Source: an uncultured Pelagibacteraceae bacterium
GTDB lineage: Bacteria; Pseudomonadota; Alphaproteobacteria; Pelagibacterales; Pelagibacteraceae
Direction: 5' to 3'
Assembly: GCA_902579985.1 (NCBI GenBank)
Contig: CACHIV010000005.1
Coordinates: forward strand, 5,596 to 69,595
Length of the DNA stretch: 64,000 nt
The number at the start of each line of letters is the position of its first letter. Positions within the stretch are counted from its first letter, which is position 1. This document shows, in pieces, positions 49,749 through 59,200 of the stretch. The position numbers were made by a program, and so were the translations under genes. The notes under the pieces were generated by a model, which was not told the origin of the DNA, ran no database searches, and worked only from the letters and a program-made list of their open reading frames with translations.

Positions 49749-50630
49749 TTAATCTTCTGGATTAGTAATCTGTTCAGGCTCTGATATTTCTGGTTGTATA
49801 TTTTTAGCAGGAGTTACAACGTTTTTTTCTTGGGTAACTTGTTGATTTCTTTTTAAAGCTTTATCCAATTTTTTTTGAGTATTCTCTGATGAGATTCCTA
49901 ATATTATTTGAAATTCTGATAATATCCTCTCATAGGCTTTTTCAAAAAGTTGTCTTTCGCTGTAAGATTGATCTACCATTAGATCATCTCCTTTGTTTAG
50001 ATCTCTTACCACTTCTGCAAGTTCATAAATTTTACCTGAAGAAATTTTTGCTTCATATTCTTGTGCTCTTCTACTCCACATCGATCTTTTGATTTTTGGT
50101 TTGCTTTTTAAAATAGATATACACTTAGTTACCTGATTAATTGTTGCCAGCGGTCTAAGATGGGATTGTTTATTTACTGGAACCATTCCACTAGCTTTAT
50201 CTTTTTCAAATTTAAGAACGTAGGTTTCTACATCAATTCCACCAATATTTATTTTCTTAAATTCAGTAATTTGACCAACTCCATGTTTTGGATAAACTAC
50301 ATAGTCTTTTATTTTATATATTTTCTTTTCTGTTTCTTGTTTTTTTACTTTTTTAATTTCAGGCTTAATTTCATTATTTTTTGAAATTCTTAAGTTATTA
50401 TTTTTTGTATCTATTTTTTGTGTAACAGAATTCTTATTAGCATTTTTTGAATTTTTTTTAGTAATAGATAATTTAGATTTAGACTTAAGAAGTTTTTTTT
50501 TGACTGCTTTAATTTTCGTTTTTTTTCTAGAATTCGAATTAGTCTTTTTTTTTACTGTTTTCTTTTTCTTTTTAAAGATTTTCGTTAAAATATTTTTCGT
50601 ACTTATTTTCTTCATTTTTATGTTCTTCAT
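49749..50630 (-). CDS. carD: CarD family RNA-polymerase-binding regulator with a ~100-aa Lys-rich N-terminal extension
   Basis: [28 protein letters not shown] and [12 protein letters not shown] motifs; follows fdxA. Start is 50630 or 50615. Confidence 0.93.
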   Translation of the reverse strand: MKNIKMKKISTKNILTKIFKKKKKTVKKKTNSNSRKKTKIKAVKKKLLKSKSKLSITKKNSKNANKNSVTQKIDTKNNNLRISKNNEIKPEIKKVKKQETEKKIYKIKDYVVYPKHGVGQITEFKKINIGGIDVETYVLKFEKDKASGMVPVNKQSHLRPLATINQVTKCISILKSKPKIKRSMWSRRAQEYEAKISSGKIYELAEVVRDLNKGDDLMVDQSYSERQLFEKAYERILSEFQIILGISSENTQKKLDKALKRNQQVTQEKNVVTPAKNIQPEISEPEQITNPED

Positions 50631-50898
50631 GATCCACTGGAGGATCTTTTTTTTCAGTTATATTTGGCCAAATCTCAGAATACTTTCTGTTTAATTCTAA
50701 CCACTTTTCACTTCCAGACTCAGTTTCAGCGACAATAGCATCAACTGGACATTCTGGTTCACAAACGCCACAATCTATACACTCCTCCGGTTTAATTACA
50801 AGCATATTTTTTCCTTCATAAAAGCAATCAACAGGGCAAACTTCTACACAGTCCATTAATTTACATTTTATACATTTCTCATTTACTACATAAGTCAT
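50572..50898 (-). CDS. fdxA: 7Fe/8Fe ferredoxin FdxA
   Basis: [29 protein letters not shown] and [12 protein letters not shown] motifs. Confidence 0.95.
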   Translation of the reverse strand: MTYVVNEKCIKCKLMDCVEVCPVDCFYEGKNMLVIKPEECIDCGVCEPECPVDAIVAETESGSEKWLELNRKYSEIWPNITEKKDPPVDHEEHKNEENKYEKYFNENL

Positions 50899-51320
50899 TT
50901 TTTTAATTTTTCTTTTATTTTTTCTTTTATGTCTCCCATGATTTTAGAGTCTATATATAATAAACCTGCCAGTCTCCTCATTAAATTTGTCTCATATATA
51001 TCGGCATCATTATCAGAATAAATAATTTTCCATAAAGACTCAATAATTCTAATTTTGTCAGAATTAGAAATGTTTTTAACTTCTCTTGTAAATTCTAATA
51101 TTTGATTTGAATTTTCCTCAATAATAACCGCTTCTTTCATTAATATATCTAAATTTGAGCTATCAGCTCCTAATTCAATTAAAGTTTTTTTGATAATATC
51201 TTTTTCTTTTTTTTCATAAACTTGATCAATTTTTGCTGCATGTATTAAAAGAGCTGCAATTTTAGAATATCTACTCATATTAGATTTATCTTTTTCTTTA
51301 TTTTGAAAAAAATTAATCAT
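50895..51320 (-). CDS. TerB-family (tellurite resistance B-like) protein
   Basis: [23 protein letters not shown] and [13 protein letters not shown] motifs. Confidence 0.82.
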   Translation of the reverse strand: MINFFQNKEKDKSNMSRYSKIAALLIHAAKIDQVYEKKEKDIIKKTLIELGADSSNLDILMKEAVIIEENSNQILEFTREVKNISNSDKIRIIESLWKIIYSDNDADIYETNLMRRLAGLLYIDSKIMGDIKEKIKEKLKK

Positions 51321-53800
51321 TAACTTAAATTTAAATTTTTTAATACTTTAAAAGGACTATTTGAGGAGTCTATTTTTTTAAAAGTTTTTTTGATTTGTTT
51401 TTTTGGACTATATTTAAAGTAGATGTCATTATTTTTTTCTAATATTTTGTAATTCATTTTTTTTATCAATTTTTTAAAGCTTTCCTTACTACATCCCAGT
51501 AAGTTAAGCATTTCAGGAATTAATTTTATCTCTCTATTTTTATCGGGATTAGAGTTTATAATTTGCACAAATAATCTTTCTAAAATATCTATTCTCACAA
51601 AATAGTTATCAAAATTTTCAAAACCACATAAAAGCATAAATTTTTTATTTCTTTTATCTTTATCATCTAAAAAATTTAAACCAAAAGTTGGAGGTGTTAA
51701 TTCAAAGTTTTTTTGATTAAAATTTTTCCATAATAAAGTTCTTAAAGATACAGCCTCAGGTTTTAATAATTTAAATAAAAAAATATGATACCGTCCAAAT
51801 TTTACTCCTAAATCTCTTAAAATTTTTCTCTCGTCTTGATTAAGTTTTTTTAAATATTGATTAACTATTTCTCTCTTAATAACTCCATTATTTTCGTATA
51901 ATTGATAAGCTAAAGCATTTATAGAAGAGTTACTTTCTTTTAAATTTTTTAAATCAATTAAACTTTTTAATATTAGATCGATTTTTTCTTTGATCCATCT
52001 TTCAATAAATTCTGATAATTTTTGTTTATCTTTATTTTCTAAAATATCGTCAACTATTAGTGATATCTCAGGATTCAAATAATCTTTTCCTTGTATTAGT
52101 TTGGCTATAGGAAATTTTTTCCAATAAATTTTAAAATCATCTTTTAATTCGATTAATCTTGTATCTATTATTGATTGAATTCTTTTTTGTAGTTCTGGAC
52201 CTACAGTTTGTCTTGCTGCTTTTTTTAATGACTTAATATCAGTTTCCAAAGCACCAACTTTTAAATCCATTTCGAATTTTAAACCTTTTAGATTACCAAT
52301 AAATTGCTTATCAATTACTACTTTATCATCTTTCATTATTTCTGTTTTAAAATCCATATCCTGTTTTAATCCTCTTGCAAGTACGCTAGCTCTTTTATCA
52401 ATAAATGTTTTCGTAAGTTCTTCATGTAATCTATCTGAAAGTCTATCTTCTAATAATTTTGTTTTTTCTATCCAATAATCTTGGTTTTCAACCCAATTAA
52501 TTTTATTAGAAACATATGACCAAGTTCTAACATTTGCAATTCTATTTGATAGAGAATCTACATTTCCATCTAATTTATCTAATTTCATTAGCTGTAATCT
52601 CATAAAATCATTAGTAATTTTACCTTTTGCTCCGCTTAGAAAGCCAAATACTTTACCTACTACCTCTACATGATTTCCATAGGTTTTTTTAACAAAATCA
52701 GGGATTTGGCAACACTCCCATAGTAATTTAAGAGTTTCTCTAACATTTTTAATGTTATGTAGGTCTAAATTTTTTATAAAATATTTTAAGACTTTTTCAT
52801 CTTCGCATTCATTTATTTTTCTTAACCAATCTTTGTTGGGGTTTTCATCAAGTGACATAATTAAACTTGAGGTATTATTAAAATTTAAATTAGAATTTCT
52901 CCAAAATAATGTTTTAATTTCTTCAAATTTATGATTTTCGAGTAAATCTAATTCTTCAACGGCAATTTCCTTACAATCACCCGTAATTCCAAAATTACCA
53001 TCATTTAAATATCTGCCTGCTCTTCCAGCTATTTGGCCAATTTCTGACATATTAAGTCTTCGCAATTTTTTTCCATCAAATTTTTTTAAATTTGAAAAAT
53101 AAACATTTTCTAAATCCATATTAATTCCCATACCAATTGCGTCAGTAGCAACAAGAAAGTCGACATCTCCAGATTGATACAATTCAACTTGTGCATTTCT
53201 TGTTTTAGGACTCAAAGATCCCATAACAATAGCTGCTCCACCTTTTTGTCTACGTACAAGTTCAGCTATTGCATAAACTTCCTCGGTTGAAAAAGCAATG
53301 ATGGCTGTTTTTCTATCTATTCTTGAAATTTTTTTATATCCAACATATGAAAGTTTAGAAAATCTCTCTCTATTTATAAACTCTGTATCTTCGTTCAATT
53401 TTTTAATTATATTTTTGATTGTATTTGAGCCCATGAACATAGTGAGTTTTTCTCCACGTAGATTTAATAATCTATCAGTAAAAATATGACCTCTTTCATG
53501 GTCAGCACACATTTGTATTTCGTCAATTCCAACAAAATCTAAATGTTTATTTATTGGCATAGATTCTACAGTACAAAGAAAATATTTTGCATTAGCAGGA
53601 ATTATCTTTTCCTCACCAGTTATTAAGGCTACTTTATCTATGCTAATTTTCTTTATTATTTTGTCATACACTTCACGTGCTAATAACCTAAGTGGAAAAC
53701 CAATCATTCCAGTATCAAAAGAAAGCATGGTTTCAATAGCAAGGTAAGTTTTCCCTGTGTTAGTAGGACCAAGTACAGCAGTAATTTTATTTTTCGACAT
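51320..53800 (-). CDS. SUV3/MgpS-like superfamily 2 helicase
   Basis: LGPTNTGKT, PLRLLARE, IDEIQ, ATDAIGMGIN and QIAGRAGR motifs; usual position upstream of fdxA-carD. Confidence 0.92.
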   Translation of the reverse strand: MSKNKITAVLGPTNTGKTYLAIETMLSFDTGMIGFPLRLLAREVYDKIIKKISIDKVALITGEEKIIPANAKYFLCTVESMPINKHLDFVGIDEIQMCADHERGHIFTDRLLNLRGEKLTMFMGSNTIKNIIKKLNEDTEFINRERFSKLSYVGYKKISRIDRKTAIIAFSTEEVYAIAELVRRQKGGAAIVMGSLSPKTRNAQVELYQSGDVDFLVATDAIGMGINMDLENVYFSNLKKFDGKKLRRLNMSEIGQIAGRAGRYLNDGNFGITGDCKEIAVEELDLLENHKFEEIKTLFWRNSNLNFNNTSSLIMSLDENPNKDWLRKINECEDEKVLKYFIKNLDLHNIKNVRETLKLLWECCQIPDFVKKTYGNHVEVVGKVFGFLSGAKGKITNDFMRLQLMKLDKLDGNVDSLSNRIANVRTWSYVSNKINWVENQDYWIEKTKLLEDRLSDRLHEELTKTFIDKRASVLARGLKQDMDFKTEIMKDDKVVIDKQFIGNLKGLKFEMDLKVGALETDIKSLKKAARQTVGPELQKRIQSIIDTRLIELKDDFKIYWKKFPIAKLIQGKDYLNPEISLIVDDILENKDKQKLSEFIERWIKEKIDLILKSLIDLKNLKESNSSINALAYQLYENNGVIKREIVNQYLKKLNQDERKILRDLGVKFGRYHIFLFKLLKPEAVSLRTLLWKNFNQKNFELTPPTFGLNFLDDKDKRNKKFMLLCGFENFDNYFVRIDILERLFVQIINSNPDKNREIKLIPEMLNLLGCSKESFKKLIKKMNYKILEKNNDIYFKYSPKKQIKKTFKKIDSSNSPFKVLKNLNLS

Positions 53801-54030
53801 TTCTATTAATGGTACTTTTAGTTTTTACCCCACCAGATGTAGTTGTCTGAAAAGAACAAAAATAGACTAAAACATGACCGAATCGTAAGGGAAAAAGTTC
53901 TCATTTAACGTTTATATATAAACTAGACTAACACAAATTAAATTATTTCTACAATAATAATTATTAATAACTTAGTAATTTTATTTTTGATATTATTTAG
54001 AAATTAAAATTATATAATGAAATAATACTT

Positions 54031-54132
54031 ATGAAAATAAGCAAAGAAATAATAATTTTGATAATAATTGTCTTGGCTATTGAGTTATCTGGTTATGGAA
54101 TCTTATCTTCTCTATCTAGATTATTAAGTTAA
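54031..54132 (+). CDS. Candidate 33-aa single-TM small protein
   Basis: MKISKEIIILIIIVLAIELSGYGILSSLSRLLS; stop overlaps the PaaI stop by 4 nt (TTAA), as in several other convergent pairs here. Confidence 0.5.
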   Translation: MKISKEIIILIIIVLAIELSGYGILSSLSRLLS

Positions 54133-54533
54133 GATTTAATTTTAATAATTTTCCAAACACCAGATGCTGTGGTAATAATTTTATTATTACATTGTAATTC
54201 ACAAAATAAAAATACTAACGTTTTTGTTTTTTTTAAAATTCTTGTATAACCAATAATTTCATCTCCTATTTTAGAGGCTCCAATAAATTTTAGATCTAAT
54301 GAGATAGTTACACATGGTTCATTACCGGCTGCTCTATGAGCAGCGGTCCCTGCTCCTGCATCGATAAGAGCAGACAAATAGCCTCCATGAGTTATACCAG
54401 CAGCATTTAAATGGTTTTTATTAATATTTGCTTTAAATTCATATTCTGTCTCAGATATTGCTCTAAATAAAACTCCACCGTTGTGTTTCATGAAACCAGG
54501 TTTAACACTTATTTGTTCAAATTTATTACTCAT
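54129..54533 (-). CDS. PaaI family acyl-CoA thioesterase
   Basis: HLNAAGITHGGYLSALIDAGAG and VTISLDLKFI motifs. Confidence 0.92.
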   Translation of the reverse strand: MSNKFEQISVKPGFMKHNGGVLFRAISETEYEFKANINKNHLNAAGITHGGYLSALIDAGAGTAAHRAAGNEPCVTISLDLKFIGASKIGDEIIGYTRILKKTKTLVFLFCELQCNNKIITTASGVWKIIKIKS

Positions 54534-54539
54534 AATTTT

Positions 54540-54638
54540 TTATAATATAAAAGTAAGGATAAATAAAATTATAAAGATAATTATAAAAAAATATATTATA
54601 GACCTTTCTAAAGATAACTTTATTAGCCATTTAAACAT
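54540..54638 (-). CDS. Candidate 32-aa hydrophobic small protein between tRNA-Arg and paaI
   Basis: MFKWLIKLSLERSIIYFFIIIFIILFILTFIL; fills the gap and ends 6 nt before the paaI ATG. Confidence 0.4.
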   Translation of the reverse strand: MFKWLIKLSLERSIIYFFIIIFIILFILTFIL

Positions 54639-54653
54639 ATTTTTCTCTTTTCT

Positions 54654-54730
54654 TGGTGGACCGCCCAGAACTCGAATCTGGAATCTCCCGGTTCGTAGCC
54701 GAGCGCCTTATCCAGTTTGGCCAGCGGTCC
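54654..54730 (-). tRNA. tRNA-Arg (ACG)
   Basis: GGACCGC/GCGGTCC acceptor stem, CTCGG-CTACGAA-CCGGG anticodon arm, CCAGA-TTCGAGT-TCTGG T arm, A20, encoded ACCA; 77 nt. Confidence 0.95.
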
Positions 54731-54802
54731 CTAATTAGACAATTTTTAATATATCAAAACTTTTGATTTAAATTAAGTTATAAAATATTATGTTGTTTAG
54801 CA

Positions 54803-55990
54803 ATGAGTAAAAAAATTAATGATGTCGTTATAACAGCCGCCTTAAGAACACCTATAGGAACTTATAGGGGATCATTGAAAGGTTTGGATGCTTACAAATT
54901 GGGTGCTATTGCAATTAAAGAAGTTCTTTTAAATTCAAAATTAAAGGGTGAGGATATTGATGAAGTAATAATGGGTCACGTTTTAACCTCTGGATTAGGT
55001 CAGAATCCAGCCAGACAAGCCTCTATTAATGCAGGTATTCCAGTTTCAAAACCAGCTTATATTATCAATCAAGTTTGTGGATCAGGATTAAGATCTATAG
55101 TTTCAGCATATCAATCAATTAGTTTAAATGAAAATAAAATTATAGTAGCTGGAGGTCAAGAAAATATGTCCAGAGCTCCACATTCTATATTTTATAGAGA
55201 AGAAAAAAAATTATCTGAAATTAAATTAATTGATACAATGATTAAAGATGGATTAACCGACTCGTTTAATGATTATCATATGGGAATAACAGCAGAAAAT
55301 GTAGCTGAGAAGTATAAGATTTCTAGAGATGTTCAAGATAAATTTGCCATGAGATCTCAAGAAAAAACCCAAAAAGCAATAAAAGAAAATAGATTTGAAA
55401 AGGAATTAATTAAATTAAATATTAATATTAAAAAAAAAAAAATTTTATTTGATAAAGATGAACATCCAAGAAGTAATTTAAAATTAGAAGATTTTAAAAA
55501 ACTTAAAACTGTTTTTAAAGAAAATGGAACAGTTACTGCAGGAAATTCATCAGGAATTAATGATGGAGCTGCAGCAACAGTATTAATGTCTAGAAAAGAA
55601 GCTGAACTTAGATCTATAAAACCATTAGCTAAAATAGTTTCGTGGGCTACTTGTGGCGTTGAGCCATCTTTGATGGGGCTTGGTCCAATACCTGCAGTTA
55701 AGATGGCACTAAATAATGCGGGGTGGAAGATTGAGGATATTGATCTATTTGAAATTAATGAGGCTTTTGCTTCGCAAAGTATAGCTGTAATTAAGGAACT
55801 AAATATTCGAAATGAAATTGTAAATGTTAATGGGGGAGCTATATCATTAGGTCATCCCATAGGAGCATCTGGATCTAGGATTTTAGTAACGTTAATACAC
55901 GAAATGATTAGGCAAAATAAAGCCAAAGGTTGTGCCACATTATGTATTGGAGGTGGTATGGGTATAGCTATCTGTATTGAAAAAAATTAA
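54803..55990 (+). CDS. Acetyl-CoA C-acetyltransferase (thiolase II, PhaA/AtoB type)
   Basis: GQNPARQ, INQVCGSGL, TAGNSSGINDGAA, EINEAFA, GHPIGASG and LCIGGG motifs. Confidence 0.96.
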   Translation: MSKKINDVVITAALRTPIGTYRGSLKGLDAYKLGAIAIKEVLLNSKLKGEDIDEVIMGHVLTSGLGQNPARQASINAGIPVSKPAYIINQVCGSGLRSIVSAYQSISLNENKIIVAGGQENMSRAPHSIFYREEKKLSEIKLIDTMIKDGLTDSFNDYHMGITAENVAEKYKISRDVQDKFAMRSQEKTQKAIKENRFEKELIKLNINIKKKKILFDKDEHPRSNLKLEDFKKLKTVFKENGTVTAGNSSGINDGAAATVLMSRKEAELRSIKPLAKIVSWATCGVEPSLMGLGPIPAVKMALNNAGWKIEDIDLFEINEAFASQSIAVIKELNIRNEIVNVNGGAISLGHPIGASGSRILVTLIHEMIRQNKAKGCATLCIGGGMGIAICIEKN

Positions 55991-56103
55991 AAAGGATTTC
56001 TTCTAAATTTTTTTATGAGTATAGCTCTTTGAATCCAAAGTTTAGCATCTAAACTTTGTTGATTTTTTAAATTGATTATTCTTTTTAATATAAATTTAAA
56101 CAT
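55987..56103 (-). CDS. Candidate 38-aa basic small protein
   Basis: MFKFILKRIINLKNQQSLDAKLWIQRAILIKKFRRNPF; 4-nt TTAA convergent overlap with the thiolase stop. Confidence 0.5.
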   Translation of the reverse strand: MFKFILKRIINLKNQQSLDAKLWIQRAILIKKFRRNPF

Positions 56104-56203
56104 TCTGTATAAGTGACAAATAAGGATGTCCAAAAAGAGCTTTAAATGTGGTAAAAATATATAAAATATATCTTTTTTTAGGTATATAAAGCTACTTAAT
56201 ATA

Positions 56204-59200
56204 ATGACTACAAAATTAGTTGTCCCAGATATTGGAGAATTTGAAAATGTTGAAGTTATTGAACTTTTAGTAAAAACTGGAGATCAAATTAAGATAAATG
56301 ATCCAGTTGTTACAATTGAAAGTGACAAATCAAGTGTCGAAATTCCTTCAACAATTTCTGGAAAAATTGAATTAATAAACGTTAAGCTTGGCGATAAAGT
56401 TTCTAAAGGAGATTTATTATTAACTATTGAGTCATCAAAAGAAACTACCACAGAAAAAGAAATTCCTAAGGATACTGATAATATTATAAAACAAGCTGAA
56501 GCAGTTTTAAAAGTTGAAGAAAAGAAAAAGATCTTTCATAAAGAAAAATTACCTAAAAAAGAAACATCAAAAATTCAATTAATAAATAGCAATGATATTG
56601 ATCCACTTGAAACTCAGGAGTGGTTAGAATCTTTATCTGCTGTTGTTGAAAATGATGGTAAGGAAAGAGCTCATTTTTTAATAAAAGAATTAATTAATAA
56701 AGCTTATCGAGAGGGAGCGAATATTCCTTATACTCAAACTACACCTTATATAAATACAATTCCACCTGAAGCAGAGGTTAAATCAAATGGAGATCAGAAT
56801 ATAGAAAGAAGAATCAGATCTTTAATTAGATGGAACGCAGCTGCCATGGTTGTCAGAGCAAATAAAAAATTTCCAGAATTAGGAGGTCACATAGGTACTT
56901 TTGCATCAGCAGCAACACTTTATGATGTAGGAATGAATCATTTTTGGAGAGCAAAAAATAATCAATTTGGAGGTGATTTAATTTATTTTCAAGGTCATAG
57001 TGCACCAGGAATGTATGCTAGAGCATTTCTTGAAGGTAGACTAAGTGAGAAACAATTAGATAGTTTTAGACAGGAAGTAAATCCTGGTGGTTTATCTTCC
57101 TATCCACATCCTTGGCTAATGCCAAATTTTTGGCAGTTCCCAACAGTATCAATGGGACTTGGACCAATGTTAGCAATCTATCAAGCTAGATATATGAAAT
57201 ATCTTATTAATAGAGGATTAATAAAAGATGAAGGAAGAAAAGTTTGGGCATTTTTAGGAGATGGTGAAATGGATGAACCAGAGTCTTTAGGCGCAATTGG
57301 ATTAGCATCAAGAGAAAAATTAGATAATTTAATTTTTATAATTAATTGTAATTTACAAAGATTGGATGGACCGGTTAGAGGAAATGGAAAAATTATTCAG
57401 GAATTAGAAGGTATTTTTAGAGGAGCTGGATGGAATGTAATTAAAGTTATATGGGGATCTTATTGGGATTCGTTGCTTGCAAATGATAAGACGGGTCATT
57501 TGGTAAAAACAATGAATGAAACGGTTGATGGGGAGTATCAAGCAATGAAAGCAAGAGATGGTGCATATGTGAGAGAAAAGTTTTTTGGAAAGTACCTAGA
57601 AACAAAGGAATTAGTTTCAAATTTATCTGATAAAGATATATGGAGATTAAATAGAGGTGGACATGATCCTCATAAAGTTTTTGCTGCTTATGACAAAGCT
57701 TCAAAAAACATTGGCAGTCCAACAGTAGTGATTGCAAAAACTATAAAAGGTTATGGGATGGGTAAAAGTGGAGAAAGCGTAAATACAACTCATCAAACTA
57801 AAAAATTAGATATAGACGATCTAATGTATTATAGAGATAGATTTGATGTTCCATTAACAGATAACCAAGTAAAAAATATTGAGTATTATAAACCTGATCA
57901 AAAATCAAAAGAAATAAAATATATCAAAGAAAGAAGATTAAAACTTGGTGGTTTTATCCCTGAGAGAACCACATATTCAAAACCTATAAAAGTACCTTCA
58001 AAAGATATTTTTGATAATATGAAAGTGTCAACGGGAAAGAAAGAAATGTCTACAACTATGGCTTTAGTAAGAATGTTGACCAATCTTCTTAGAGATAAAA
58101 ATTTTTCATCGAGGTTAGTACCGATTATTCCAGATGAGGCTAGAACATTCGGTATGGAAGGTTTTTTTCAAAAAGTAGGAATATATGCTCATGAAGGTCA
58201 AAAATATGAACCAGAAGATGCAGCTCAATTAAGTTCTTACAGAGAAGAAAAAAGCGGACAAGTTTTAGAGGAAGGAATTACAGAGGCAGGAGCAATGTCT
58301 TCTTGGATAGCTGCTGGAACTTCGTACACTAATCACGATATAGAAATGATACCTATTTATTTATTTTACTCAATGTTTGGCTTTCAAAGAATAGGTGATT
58401 TGGCTTGGGCAGGTGCTGATAGTCAATCTAGAGGTTTTTTGATTGGAGCTACCGCAGGAAGAACGACTTTAGCTGGAGAGGGACTACAACATCAAGATGG
58501 ACATAGTCACTTAATAGCATCAACTATTCCGAATTGTATTTCATATGACCCAACATTTCATTATGAATTAGCTGTAATTTTTAGGGAAGGCTTGAGAAGA
58601 ATGCACGAAAAAAAAGAAAACATTTTTTATTACATAACTACTATGAATGAAAACTATACACATCCTGATATACCAAAAGAAAAAAATTGTGAGGAAGGAA
58701 TTTTAAAAGGAATGTATAAAATTAAGGAATTTAGCAAAAATAAAAAAACAAAAATTCAGTTTCTTGGATCTGGCACGATATTAAGAGAGATGATTGCTGG
58801 CGCTGAGATATTACAAAATGAGTACCAAATTGATAGTGAAGTATGGAGTGTAACAAGCTTTAATGAACTTAGAAGAGATGGTTTAGAGACAGAGAGATAT
58901 AACCTTCTTAATCCTGATAAAAAAGCAAAAATATCATATGTTGAGAAGTGCTTAGGTAAATCAGAAGGACCTATATTGGCCGCGTCAGATTATATGAGAA
59001 TGAATTCCGATCAAATAAGACCCTATGTAAATAATAAAAGTTTTTATTCATTGGGTACTGATGGTTTTGGTAGAAGTGATACTCGAAAAAATCTTAGAAA
59101 ATTTTTTGAAGTAGATAAAGAACATATTGTTACTTATGGATTAAGTATTCTTGCTAAAGAGCAATTAATAACATCAAAATATGCATCTGAAGCAATTAAA

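Noticed and set aside
50895-51320. TerB as evidence of a tellurite-resistance or defence island
   Set aside because: A lone TerB-like gene embedded in a core operon, without terZABCDE partners.
53854-53868. GAAC-N7-GACT as an SOS box upstream of the helicase
   Set aside because: Second half-site has two mismatches; not supportable without knowing lexA is present.
54481-54738. 85-aa + strand ORF
   Set aside because: Overlaps paaI and tRNA-Arg antisense; its C-terminus is the tRNA read backwards.
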